DNA of 64,000 nt from a virus (IMGVR_UViG_3300044609_000988:17109-81108); one strand, 5' to 3'; positions 37,916 to 46,620 are shown, counted from the stretch's first letter. Translations and numbers: made by a program. The notes: a model not told the origin generated them from the sequence alone.

Positions 37916-38839
37916 ATGGCAGCCAATTCAAAATTAACATCCAACAACATTAATATCACCAAGGGATTAATTTTACCTGTATATGACGTAGATCCTGGTG
38001 ATGGCAATGCGGGAGAGATTGCTTATGTTAATGGACAATTAAAATATTATGTCGGTGGAAAATGGACATTCATAACAGAAGGCAAAGATGGGTCTACTGC
38101 TGATAGAGCAGCTGAGTCAGCATCGGCAATTCTCGCAATAAATCCCTCTGCTTCTGATGGCGTTTATTGGATTAATTTACCTACGGCTGGACCAACACAA
38201 GTCTATTGTATTATGAATAATTCATATAATGGAGGTGGATGGATGATGGCAATGAAAGCAACTAGAGGAACAACTTTCAATTTCAACGCAAATTATTGGA
38301 CAACAACAAATACATTAAATCCAACTCAAACAAATATTAATGATGGGGATGCAAAATTTGAAACCTTCAACAGATTTGAAGCAAAAGATATTTTAGCAGT
38401 TTGGCCAGATTTAACAGCAAACTCAGGTTGTTTTAATGTTTCTAGGGGGCATATTTGGTTGGAAAATAGTTTTTGGCAGGGAGGAACTAAAATTACTTTA
38501 ACAAATCTGTTTAATACAGCTAATGAATATTTTATTCGGGATGCTAATAATTTCTGTGGCATCAACCAATTTTCTCGCCAAACTGATGTTAGATTTTATG
38601 GATTTAATTATTCAAATGATCAAAATTTAGCTAGGACTAGGTGGGGATTTGGTTGGAATGAAAATGGAGGTGGCCTTTGGCCGAATGGAAATCAAGGAAG
38701 TGATGATGTATCGGGTGGTATTGGTATGACAGGAACTCAACAAGGACAGGTCAATTATTCTGCTGGAGATTTTATTGGTTGCTGTCAAAGTGTCACGGGA
38801 TTTAATAGATCAGCAAGAGTAGAGATTTATGTCAGATAA
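37916..38839 (+). CDS. Putative adhesin 2: shared N-terminal module plus divergent fibrinogen-like domain
   Basis: DGVYWI…TQVYCIM…GGGWMM entry motif of FReD-like domains; N-terminal module as in 36788 and 38895. Confidence 0.75.
   Translation: MAANSKLTSNNINITKGLILPVYDVDPGDGNAGEIAYVNGQLKYYVGGKWTFITEGKDGSTADRAAESASAILAINPSASDGVYWINLPTAGPTQVYCIMNNSYNGGGWMMAMKATRGTTFNFNANYWTTTNTLNPTQTNINDGDAKFETFNRFEAKDILAVWPDLTANSGCFNVSRGHIWLENSFWQGGTKITLTNLFNTANEYFIRDANNFCGINQFSRQTDVRFYGFNYSNDQNLARTRWGFGWNENGGGLWPNGNQGSDDVSGGIGMTGTQQGQVNYSAGDFIGCCQSVTGFNRSARVEIYVR
37927..38085 (+). repeat. Direct repeat copy 2
   Basis: About 15 mismatches in ~159 nt versus copy 3 by manual alignment. Confidence 0.9.
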
Positions 38840-38894
38840 TATGAATCTTTCAAATTACAAAATATCGTTGATTAATTAAAAATTAATAATTTTA

Positions 38895-39740
38895 ATGGAT
38901 AATTCAAAATTAACATCTAACAACATTAATATCACCAAGGGATTAATTTTACCTGTGTATGACGTAGATCCTGGTGACGGTACTATGGGGGAAATTGTTT
39001 ATGTCAATGGACAATTAAAATATTATGTGGGTGGAAAATGGACATTCATAACTGATGGAAAAATAGGAACATCAGCTAGTTCACCTGCATTAAACGCAGC
39101 TCAAATTAGAGCTGCTGGGATAAGTGCTGATGGTGATTACTGGTATCAACCAACAGGGGCATCGTCACCGATTCAGTTGTATACAAATTTTTCAAATGCT
39201 CCAGCAGGAAAAGGTTATGTTCTCGTTGCTAGAGGAAGAGAATCTACTGATTGGTGGAATACTAACGGACAAAATACTTCCGCTTTAACATCATCTTCAT
39301 TAGATACAAATACACCAATTGCTGTTCTTCCAAACACATTTGTGAATGGTTTAATTAATAATCAGTGGAATGGAATGAGATTCATAACAAATAGAAGAAA
39401 TGGAGCAGATTCTTGGTTATTTGTTGGAACCCAAAGCACTACTTTTAGTTGGACTTATTTTCAGCAATCTGGATCTAGCGTTTCAGCTACTGCTCAACAA
39501 TTTAATGGAGTATTTTTATCTGGTGGAGCACGAATAACATATGGATCTGGAATATATTGGACAGATACTTTAAATTATGGAAATGGTAATAACTGCGATA
39601 GAACATTTACTTGGTCATGGGGAGGTCATGGATCTTGGCAAGGGTGGTCTGGTGGATCTTCATGTACTCCAACTGGATCTTTCCAACTTGGAGGTGAAGG
39701 TCACGCACTTCAATTAGTAAATTGCTACGTAGAGTGCTAA
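38895..39740 (+). CDS. Putative adhesin 3: shared N-terminal module plus Trp/Gly-rich lectin-like domain
   Basis: DGDYWYQP…QLYTNF…KGYVLV, a degenerate FReD entry motif; shared N-terminus. Confidence 0.72.
   Translation: MDNSKLTSNNINITKGLILPVYDVDPGDGTMGEIVYVNGQLKYYVGGKWTFITDGKIGTSASSPALNAAQIRAAGISADGDYWYQPTGASSPIQLYTNFSNAPAGKGYVLVARGRESTDWWNTNGQNTSALTSSSLDTNTPIAVLPNTFVNGLINNQWNGMRFITNRRNGADSWLFVGTQSTTFSWTYFQQSGSSVSATAQQFNGVFLSGGARITYGSGIYWTDTLNYGNGNNCDRTFTWSWGGHGSWQGWSGGSSCTPTGSFQLGGEGHALQLVNCYVEC
38903..39061 (+). repeat. Direct repeat copy 3
   Basis: Manual alignment to copies 1 and 2. Confidence 0.9.
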
Positions 39741-39761
39741 ATTATAATTATAATTATAATT

Positions 39762-39769
39762 AATAAATA
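39762..39769 (+). promoter_or_regulatory. Late promoter (AATAAATA) for Gly-rich gene 1
   Basis: Intergenic motif, 24 nt before ATG 39794. Confidence 0.65.
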
Positions 39770-39793
39770 TTTTAACGGAATAGAGTGTCATTT

Positions 39794-40849
39794 ATGTCTA
39801 CATTAAATGTCGGTATTTTAAATGCCAGTAACAGAATAAAACTTCCTATACTCACAACTACCCAAAGAAATTCTTTGGCGCTTGAAGTGGGATTGATGAT
39901 TTTTAATTCTACTGCCAGTGAAGTTCAATTTTATAATGGAACTGAGTGGATAAATCCAGGCAAAGGTAAACTTAGTGCTACTGGAGGAGTTATTACTACA
40001 GCTGGATTATATAAAGTTCACACATTTACAGGTAATGGGTCTTTTGTACTTACGGGAAGTGGGTTGGTAGAATATTTAATCGTTGCTGGTGGTGGCGGCG
40101 GCGGTTCTGATATGGGTGGCGGCGGTGGAGCTGGTGGAGTAATTATTGGTTCTACAACTTTATCATCTGGAACATATCCAATAACAGTTGGTGGAGGAGG
40201 CAGTGGTGCTCCTGCAGGAGTAGGACAAGTTAGAGGAACTAACGGAAATCCCTCAACTTTTAATAATTTAACAGCTATTGGTGGTGGTGGCGGTGCTAGT
40301 TGCCATGATAGATCAACAAGCCCAGCAGGAAATGGTGGATCAGGAGGAGGAGCATCTGGCGGAGGAACTCTTCCTAGTGGAGGATCTGGAGGTGGTGGAT
40401 ACGGGGGAGGAATTAGAGGATTAGGAACTCCTGGTCAAGGAAATGATGGAGGGTCAGGAATATATGCTTGGTATCCTGGCGGCGGTGGTGGTGCTGGAGC
40501 TGCTGGAACAAACAACCCAGCAACTGGTGGCGTTGGAGTGCAAAGTTCTATTCTAGGTGTTTCTTACTTCTGGGGCGGCGGCGGCGGCGGATCTGGATAT
40601 TCTGCAGGCGGAGGAAATGGTGGTAATGGTGGCGGCGGCGGTGGAGCCGTAAACGTTACTTCTGGCGGTTCTGGATTAAATAATGGATCCCCTGGTGGTG
40701 GAGGAAGTCCAAATTCACAAACCAATAGGCCTGGAGGTAATGGTGGCGCCAACACTGGTGGCGGCGGTGGTGGTGGTAGTCACTACAGTGCTAATAATTT
40801 TGGCGGTACTGGTGGTTCTGGAATAGTTGTAGTAAGATACTTAGCATAA
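39794..40849 (+). CDS. Glycine-rich putative adhesin 4 (polyglycine domain)
   Basis: ATGG.ITT.G.YKVHTFT, EYLIVAGGGGGG, GANTGGGGGG and GGSGIVVVRY. ATG 39794 is preferred over GTG 39785 because MSTLNVG parallels MSRLNVG of the paralogue. Confidence 0.8.
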   Translation: MSTLNVGILNASNRIKLPILTTTQRNSLALEVGLMIFNSTASEVQFYNGTEWINPGKGKLSATGGVITTAGLYKVHTFTGNGSFVLTGSGLVEYLIVAGGGGGGSDMGGGGGAGGVIIGSTTLSSGTYPITVGGGGSGAPAGVGQVRGTNGNPSTFNNLTAIGGGGGASCHDRSTSPAGNGGSGGGASGGGTLPSGGSGGGGYGGGIRGLGTPGQGNDGGSGIYAWYPGGGGGAGAAGTNNPATGGVGVQSSILGVSYFWGGGGGGSGYSAGGGNGGNGGGGGGAVNVTSGGSGLNNGSPGGGGSPNSQTNRPGGNGGANTGGGGGGGSHYSANNFGGTGGSGIVVVRYLA

Positions 40850-40852
40850 ATA
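40845..40852 (+). promoter_or_regulatory. Late promoter (CATAAATA) overlapping the stop codon, serving Gly-rich gene 2
   Basis: Motif match; SD-like GAGG before ATG 40889. Confidence 0.6.
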
Positions 40853-40888
40853 ATTATTAATGCAATACGATAATTTTGAGGATATTTC

Positions 40889-41971
40889 ATGTCTAGATTA
40901 AACGTAGGTATTATAGAAGCTGTATCTAAATTTAAAATCCCTACTTTTACTAAAGCACAAAGAGATGCTATGGTGCCAGAAACTGGCATGATGATATATA
41001 ATTCAACTGATCAAATACTTGAAATTTATTTCGGAAAATGGGTAGGTGCTGGAGAAAAAGTATCAGCTTCAGGATCTTCATTCACTGCAACTGGAGGTAC
41101 TGTAACAACAGCTGGAGGATATAAAATACATACTTTTTTGGCAAATGATACTTTTGCTATATCTACAGGTACAACTTCAATTGAATATTTAATCGTTGCT
41201 GGTGGCGGTGGCGGTGGTATGGATATGGGTGGTGGCGGTGGAGCTGGCGGAGTAATTATTGGCTCCACTTCTTTAGGTCCTGGTTCATATCCAGTAACAG
41301 TGGGTGCGGGAGGAAATGGTGCTCCAGCTGCTAGCACAAACGGACAACCAGGCGGTCACCAATATACTATTTCAGCTACCAATGGAATTAATTCAACTTT
41401 TAACAATTTAACCGCTGTTGGTGGTGGATTTGGTGGTAGTTCTTATTATGGATATCTCCCAAATTATGGCAACGGCAACACTGGTGGTTCTGGTGGAGGA
41501 AATTCTGGCTACAGTGATGGTAATATACGTGGTCCCAAAGCAGGAACTCTTGGTCAAGGAAATAATGGAGGGCAAGGCGGAGGACAATATTATTCTGGCG
41601 GTGGTGGTGGTGCTGGCGCTGCTGGATCTAATTCCCCAAGCCAAGCAAACGGTGGTATTGGAGTACAAAGTTCAATAACTGGCGTTAGTTATTATTGGGG
41701 CGGCGGTGGCGGAGGAGCCGCTTATTCTTTAGGATCTGGTGGATCTGGTGGAAATGGTGGTGGCGGTGGTGGCGCTGGCAATAGTCCTGGAATAGGTGGG
41801 GCTGGATTAAATTCTGGATCTAACGGTGGGCCATCAAATAGTAACCAACCAGGGGGAAATGCTGGCACAAACACTGGTGGCGGTGGTGGTGGCAGCGCTC
41901 ATTACAACTCCAACAATAAAGGTGGTAATGGTGGTTCTGGAATAGTTGTAATTAGATACTTATCTACATAA
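40889..41971 (+). CDS. Glycine-rich putative adhesin 5 (paralogue of 39794)
   Basis: Same scaffold motifs as 39794, with different inter-Gly loops. Confidence 0.8.
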   Translation: MSRLNVGIIEAVSKFKIPTFTKAQRDAMVPETGMMIYNSTDQILEIYFGKWVGAGEKVSASGSSFTATGGTVTTAGGYKIHTFLANDTFAISTGTTSIEYLIVAGGGGGGMDMGGGGGAGGVIIGSTSLGPGSYPVTVGAGGNGAPAASTNGQPGGHQYTISATNGINSTFNNLTAVGGGFGGSSYYGYLPNYGNGNTGGSGGGNSGYSDGNIRGPKAGTLGQGNNGGQGGGQYYSGGGGGAGAAGSNSPSQANGGIGVQSSITGVSYYWGGGGGGAAYSLGSGGSGGNGGGGGGAGNSPGIGGAGLNSGSNGGPSNSNQPGGNAGTNTGGGGGGSAHYNSNNKGGNGGSGIVVIRYLST

Positions 41972-41989
41972 TATAAAGGAGAATTAAAA

Positions 41990-42379
41990 ATGGCACATTT
42001 TGCTCAATTAGATGAAAATAACACAGTAACACAAGTAGTTGTAGTTTCTGATGTTGATACTTGTAATGAAGAAGGTTTTGAAGTAGAAGAAATTGGACAA
42101 CAATTTTTAAAAAATATGTATGGACAAGATACTAGGTGGGTGAAAACTTCATACAACGGAACTATAAGAAAAAATTATGCTGGAGTTGGTTATACTTATA
42201 ATGAAAAATTAGATGCTTTTATTCCACCAAAACCATACGAATCTTGGATATTTGACGAAAATTTATTTTATTATGTCGCTCCAGTTCCAAGACCAGAAAA
42301 AGAAGGCAAAGTCTATTTTTGGGATGAAGAAACTCAAAAATGGAATGAACAAGATTTTATTTCACCATTAAATAATTGA
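41990..42379 (+). CDS. Conserved phage protein (MAHFAQLDENN…RKNYAGVGYTY…DAFIPPKPY.SW), possible fibre assembly partner
   Basis: SD AAGGAG upstream; I recognise this family as commonly lying next to Gly-rich fibre genes. Confidence 0.75.
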   Translation: MAHFAQLDENNTVTQVVVVSDVDTCNEEGFEVEEIGQQFLKNMYGQDTRWVKTSYNGTIRKNYAGVGYTYNEKLDAFIPPKPYESWIFDENLFYYVAPVPRPEKEGKVYFWDEETQKWNEQDFISPLNN

Positions 42380-42388
42380 TTTAGTATT

Positions 42389-42586
42389 ATGAAAAAAACA
42401 TATGTATTGGTAGGTGTTAATACTGCCATTTCTTTACTAAGACCAGGAGCACAATTTTGTCTATCAAACACAAATTTTATTGAGTGGAATGATCCAAGAC
42501 CAGCTCCATCTTGGGACGAAATAATGGAAACTGTATCAAAAATTAAAGAATTTGAAGATACAATACAATCCATAGAATTAGAATAA
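42389..42586 (+). CDS. Small hypothetical protein (AISLLRPGAQF…W.DPRPAPSWDEI)
   Basis: Packed + strand ORF; motif resembles small fibre-associated proteins. Confidence 0.7.
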   Translation: MKKTYVLVGVNTAISLLRPGAQFCLSNTNFIEWNDPRPAPSWDEIMETVSKIKEFEDTIQSIELE

Positions 42587-42589
42587 ATA
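42582..42589 (+). promoter_or_regulatory. Late promoter (AATAAATA)
   Basis: Overlaps the upstream stop, about 30 nt before ATG 42619. Confidence 0.55.
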
Positions 42590-42618
42590 ATACAGTCACA
42601 TCATTTTACATTACGATT

Positions 42619-42801
42619 ATGGACACTGAACAACTCAAAAAGAACTTCGAAGAGCAACTTGCTACTGCCGAAAAGCAGATTATTGATCTCGAAGCAAATC
42701 TAGAAAAAGCAAAAGAGTATCGCCTTAAACTTCAAGGTGGTCTCGAAACTCTAGCTCTTCTTAATCCTCCAGAAGAAGCAGAAGAAGCTTCAGCAGAATA
42801 A
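42619..42801 (+). CDS. Small coiled-coil hypothetical protein
   Basis: EYRLKLQGGLETL motif; heptad pattern; followed by a terminator. Confidence 0.75.
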   Translation: MDTEQLKKNFEEQLATAEKQIIDLEANLEKAKEYRLKLQGGLETLALLNPPEEAEEASAE

Positions 42802-42808
42802 CCTCAAG

Positions 42809-42841
42809 TCCCTTCTTGATAAATACAAGAAGGGATTTTTT
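42809..42841 (+). terminator. Rho-independent terminator whose loop is a late promoter core (ATAAATA)
   Basis: Perfect 10-bp stem TCCCTTCTTG / CAAGAAGGGA, loop ATAAATA, then T6. Confidence 0.85.
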
Positions 42842-42853
42842 GTATCTAATTAA

Positions 42854-43684
42854 ATGGCACAGCCATCATCAAGACAGGAATTGATTGACTACTGTAAGAG
42901 ACAGTTGGGTGCTCCTGTGCTGCAAATCAATATTGCAGATTCTCAGGTTGATGATATCATCGATACTGCTATACAGTATTATCAAGAATATCATTATGAT
43001 GGCATTGAAAAGATGTATCTAAAGCATGAATTTACTGAAGAAGATGTACTAAGATTTACCGAGACAGATGAGATTACTTCTACAGATGATCCAGACGGAT
43101 CTGTATGGAAAAATAGAAAAAATTTCATAGAAGTTCCTGATCATGTAATTGGTATTGAAAAAGTATTTGGAGTTACTTCCAATCTTTCTTCGAATGAAAT
43201 GTGGGGATTGAGTAACCAGTATTTCCTACTTGATATTTTTTCTTTCTCATCTGGTTATACTTTTGGCAACTTTGATATGTCATATTACTATATGATCAAG
43301 CAGTATTTTGAAACTCTTGACATGGTAGTTAACGTTGGTGGATTAGTACAATACCGTTTCAACAAACGTCAAGATAGATTATACCTTGATATTGACAGAA
43401 CAAGAATTAAGGAAGGTAGATATTTAGTTATTGAATGCTACAGAGCATTAAACCCAGCAGAATGGAATCAAATCTGGAATGATAGTTTTATCAAACGTTA
43501 TGTCACTGCTTTGATGAAACGCCAGTGGGGAATGAATTTAATTAAATATAACAATGTTCAGTTGCCTGGTGGCATTACATTAAATGGTCGTCAAATCTGG
43601 GAGGATGGCGATGCTGAAGTCAAAGATCTGGAATCAAGAATATTTACAGATTACTCCCTACCTCCAATGGATATGATCGGATAA
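42854..43684 (+). CDS. gp13: Neck protein gp13
   Basis: ELIDYCKRQLGAPVLQINI; KRQWGMNLIKYNNVQLPGGITLNGRQI. Confidence 0.95.
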   Translation: MAQPSSRQELIDYCKRQLGAPVLQINIADSQVDDIIDTAIQYYQEYHYDGIEKMYLKHEFTEEDVLRFTETDEITSTDDPDGSVWKNRKNFIEVPDHVIGIEKVFGVTSNLSSNEMWGLSNQYFLLDIFSFSSGYTFGNFDMSYYYMIKQYFETLDMVVNVGGLVQYRFNKRQDRLYLDIDRTRIKEGRYLVIECYRALNPAEWNQIWNDSFIKRYVTALMKRQWGMNLIKYNNVQLPGGITLNGRQIWEDGDAEVKDLESRIFTDYSLPPMDMIG

Positions 43685-43685
43685 G

Positions 43686-44558
43686 ATGCCTACCAGTCCT
43701 TATTTTCCAAGCTACTACGATGGTTATCAAGGTGAACAAGACCTAGTTCAGGATCTTGTTGACGAGCAGATTAAGCTGTTCGGTTCTGATATCTATTATC
43801 TACCAAGAACTCTTCTTAAAGATAATACTTTAGATGATTTAATTTACTCTAAATTTGAAGAGCAATTTCAAATTGAAATGCTATTGCAAAATGTGAGTGG
43901 ATTTGGTGAGTCAGAATTTATTAGTAAATTTGGTCTTAAGATAACACAAGAAATTAGATTTAATGTTTCTTCTCGGAGATGGAGACAAGAAGGTACTGCA
44001 TTTGGTTTGGATGCCAGACCTTTGGAAGGAGATCTATTATTCTTTCCATTGACCAAAGACTTGTATGAAATTAAATTTGTGCAAGTAGAGGAAGTATTTT
44101 TCCAGTTTGGTCAATTGCCATTCTATTCTATTACTGCAGAAATTTATGAGATGGGCAATGAATCTATCGATACTGGAGTTGCTGATATTGATCTAATCGA
44201 AAGCATTCTATCTCCAGCTATTGACATTGTTATGCTGGAAGATAGTGGTACAGAAAATTATATTGTTGGGGAAATTGTAACTGGATCTGTATCCGACGTT
44301 ACTGCAAAAGTTTCAAAATGGAATTCCCAAACAAGAACACTTACTGTTATTACTAGGACAGGAACGTTTGTTGAAGAAGAAAATATTGTTGGGGAAGATA
44401 GTGATGCTTCGTGGACAGTAGAATCATTCTCTACATTAGAGGACCCAAATAACAATTACGAAGAAAATAAATATATTGAAGACACTGCCGATGATCTTTT
44501 AGATTTTTCTGAGGGTAATCCTTTCGGTGAGTATGGTAATTTTATGGATAGCTTCTAA
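43686..44558 (+). CDS. gp14: Neck protein gp14
   Basis: EQDLVQDLVDEQIKLFG.DIYYLPR; EGDLLFFP; DFSEGNPFG. Confidence 0.93.
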   Translation: MPTSPYFPSYYDGYQGEQDLVQDLVDEQIKLFGSDIYYLPRTLLKDNTLDDLIYSKFEEQFQIEMLLQNVSGFGESEFISKFGLKITQEIRFNVSSRRWRQEGTAFGLDARPLEGDLLFFPLTKDLYEIKFVQVEEVFFQFGQLPFYSITAEIYEMGNESIDTGVADIDLIESILSPAIDIVMLEDSGTENYIVGEIVTGSVSDVTAKVSKWNSQTRTLTVITRTGTFVEEENIVGEDSDASWTVESFSTLEDPNNNYEENKYIEDTADDLLDFSEGNPFGEYGNFMDSF

Positions 44559-45370
44559 TGTTAGGTACACATTTTTATAACGAGGCAATTAAAAAAACAG
44601 TTGTCGGATTCGGAACTCTTTTCAATAATTTAGAAGTTCAGCGTAAAGATCCCCAGACAGGGGAGATGCTTGAAGTTCAAAAGGTTCCTATTGGATATGG
44701 TCCAAAGGATAAGTTTGTTCGTAGAATTGAGGAGAACCCCGATCCTACTCCAGGTGCTCCTTATGAGTATATGAGGATTCCTCGTATCTATTTTGAAATG
44801 ACTGGTATTAATTATGATGGCGGACGTAAAGTAAGTCCTATACAAAAATACAAAAATATTATTTCTGATAATGGAAACGAGGTGAGAGTTCAGTATGTTC
44901 CAGTACCTTATAACATTAGCTTTGAGCTTGGCGTTTTAGCAAAGTCACAAGATGATGGACTACAGATTGTAGAACAGATTTTACCATACTTCCAACCAAA
45001 TTTCAACGTCACTATCAATTTTATTCCCGAGATGGATGAAAAGAAAGATGTTGCTATTGTATTGAATAGTGTTGATCTAGATGATTCGTGGGATGGTGAT
45101 TTTAAAAGTAGGAGACAAATTATTTGGACTTTTCAGTTCACTGCTAAGTCATATATTTACGGTCCCTTCAATCAGGCTGACATCATTCGTAAGGCAATTA
45201 TTTACGAAACTGTTGGTGATCTTGATCAAAACAAACGTAATGCTAGATTTACCTACACACCAGAAGCACTTGAAGATAAAAATGATGATGGTGTTATCAA
45301 TGCTTTAGATGATGCTTTATTAACAGCAGATGATGACTTTGGATTTAATGGAGAGATTGATCTACTATGA
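44558..45370 (+). CDS. gp15: Tail sheath stabiliser / tail terminator gp15
   Basis: HFYNEAIKKTVVGFGTLFN; QIVEQILPYFQP. Confidence 0.94.
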   Translation: MLGTHFYNEAIKKTVVGFGTLFNNLEVQRKDPQTGEMLEVQKVPIGYGPKDKFVRRIEENPDPTPGAPYEYMRIPRIYFEMTGINYDGGRKVSPIQKYKNIISDNGNEVRVQYVPVPYNISFELGVLAKSQDDGLQIVEQILPYFQPNFNVTINFIPEMDEKKDVAIVLNSVDLDDSWDGDFKSRRQIIWTFQFTAKSYIYGPFNQADIIRKAIIYETVGDLDQNKRNARFTYTPEALEDKNDDGVINALDDALLTADDDFGFNGEIDLL

Positions 45371-45789
45371 ACGAATTTGAAAAGAATATGGAACAAATAT
45401 TTGACATTGAAGTTACATCAGAAGAAACAGAAATTATACAAGAAAAGCCAACTGCCCCAGTTAAAAAAGAAGATCCAGAAAAAGATTACGAATATACCAG
45501 GGGTCAGCTCTACGACCTCATAGAGAAGGGCCAGGAGGCCGTACAAGGGGCCTTAGAGGTTGCTCAGGAGTCTGGGCACCCCCGAGCATTTGAAGTCGCT
45601 GTGAACGCTATGAAGCAGGTCTCAGACATGACTGATAAATTAATTGATCTTCAGAAGAAGATGAAGGATCTTGACGCTCCTATTAAAGGTAAAGGACCTA
45701 CCACAGTTAACAACACAATGTTTGTTGGTAGCACCGCCGACCTGCAGAAAATGCTCAAGGATATGGGCAAAAACATGGCAGAAGAATAA
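45367..45789 (+). CDS. gp16: Terminase small subunit gp16
   Basis: DYEYTRGQL; ESGHPRAFEV; NNTMFVGSTADLQKML. Confidence 0.94.
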   Translation: MNEFEKNMEQIFDIEVTSEETEIIQEKPTAPVKKEDPEKDYEYTRGQLYDLIEKGQEAVQGALEVAQESGHPRAFEVAVNAMKQVSDMTDKLIDLQKKMKDLDAPIKGKGPTTVNNTMFVGSTADLQKMLKDMGKNMAEE

Positions 45790-45792
45790 ATA
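45785..45792 (+). promoter_or_regulatory. Late promoter (AATAAATA)
   Basis: Overlaps the gp16 stop, upstream of 45813. Confidence 0.6.
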
Positions 45793-45812
45793 TCAAATAA
45801 AAGGAAAAAACA

Positions 45813-46082
45813 ATGAGAATTAAATTACTCGGAACTGTTGTAACTCTTTCAACTACTCCAAACGAAATCAGCACAACTGCTACTGATGTTTTACTTGTTC
45901 ACGATGCTGGTGGTAATGCTGGAAGAACTATCACCCTCTATGAAGCTGATGGAACTACAGTAGTTGGTTCCTTTTATTCCAATCCAGGAACAGAACTTGT
46001 GCTTCACAAAAAAGCAGGACAAAAATTAAAAGTAGATACTGGATCGGATGTTCGTGCTACACCAGTTGGTTATTTCTCGTAA
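45813..46082 (+). CDS. Small beta-rich hypothetical protein (possibly structural)
   Basis: SD AAGGA and a late promoter upstream. Confidence 0.75.
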   Translation: MRIKLLGTVVTLSTTPNEISTTATDVLLVHDAGGNAGRTITLYEADGTTVVGSFYSNPGTELVLHKKAGQKLKVDTGSDVRATPVGYFS

Positions 46083-46561
46083 TGAAAAAAAGAGTTCCCA
46101 CAGAAAGAGAGATAGCCAGAAAACATGGAGTCTCTGTCAAATATGTTATACGTCAAGCTGAAGTTGGTTCTACTGTAGAGCGTGAGCATGTTACTGACCA
46201 CAAAGCTGCCTATGAAATTGCTCTACAGCATTTAGATGAATTTCCAGATTACTACAAACATTTACTAGCAATGGAAAAGAAAATGAAAGCAGAATATAAA
46301 AAGAAAAAAACTTATAAAGAAATAAAAGAATCATTGGTGGCAGAAAACCACATTGATGTTGCCATGGGCAGAGAACTTGATGATGAAGGAGCAATGATCA
46401 TGAATCAAATTGAAGAGATTAAACATTGTTGTGATCGTCTCAAAATGTCTATTAAGTCACCCACAATGCAGGTTCCTGGTTGGGTTCAATCCAAGGTAAC
46501 TCTTGCTGCTGATTATATGGATTCTGTTGCGTCATACATGGACAACAAGCACGAAGGGTGA
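46082..46561 (+). CDS. Hypothetical protein with DUF5661-like N-domain; possible internal head protein
   Basis: G..VEREH.TD…AYEIALQHLDEFPDYY..L..MEK; KTYKEIKE segment; WVQSKVTLAADYMD. Confidence 0.7.
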   Translation: MKKRVPTEREIARKHGVSVKYVIRQAEVGSTVEREHVTDHKAAYEIALQHLDEFPDYYKHLLAMEKKMKAEYKKKKTYKEIKESLVAENHIDVAMGRELDDEGAMIMNQIEEIKHCCDRLKMSIKSPTMQVPGWVQSKVTLAADYMDSVASYMDNKHEG

Positions 46562-46613
46562 GCATTCCTTAACAAAACTTCGGTAACTATTGTAACACCA
46601 TAAACATGGTATT

Positions 46614-46620
46614 CTAAATA
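46614..46620 (+). promoter_or_regulatory. Late promoter variant (CTAAATA)
   Basis: Intergenic, upstream of 46649 and gp17. Confidence 0.55.

Noticed and set aside
40080-41940. (GGN)n runs as a CRISPR array or DNA tandem repeat
   Set aside because: They are poly-Gly coding runs with varied third positions and no repeat-spacer structure.
36788-41971. Diversity-generating retroelement or invertible shufflon behind the adhesin array
   Set aside because: There is no reverse transcriptase or recombinase in the window. The repeats are direct, sit at gene 5' ends, and their mismatches are mostly at third codon positions rather than adenine-specific.
46565-46610. NtcA box (GTA-N8-AAC at 46583-46596) or Pho-box-like TAAC repeats
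   Set aside because: It mismatches GTA-N8-TAC, the repeat spacing is irregular, and no nutrient-related gene lies downstream.
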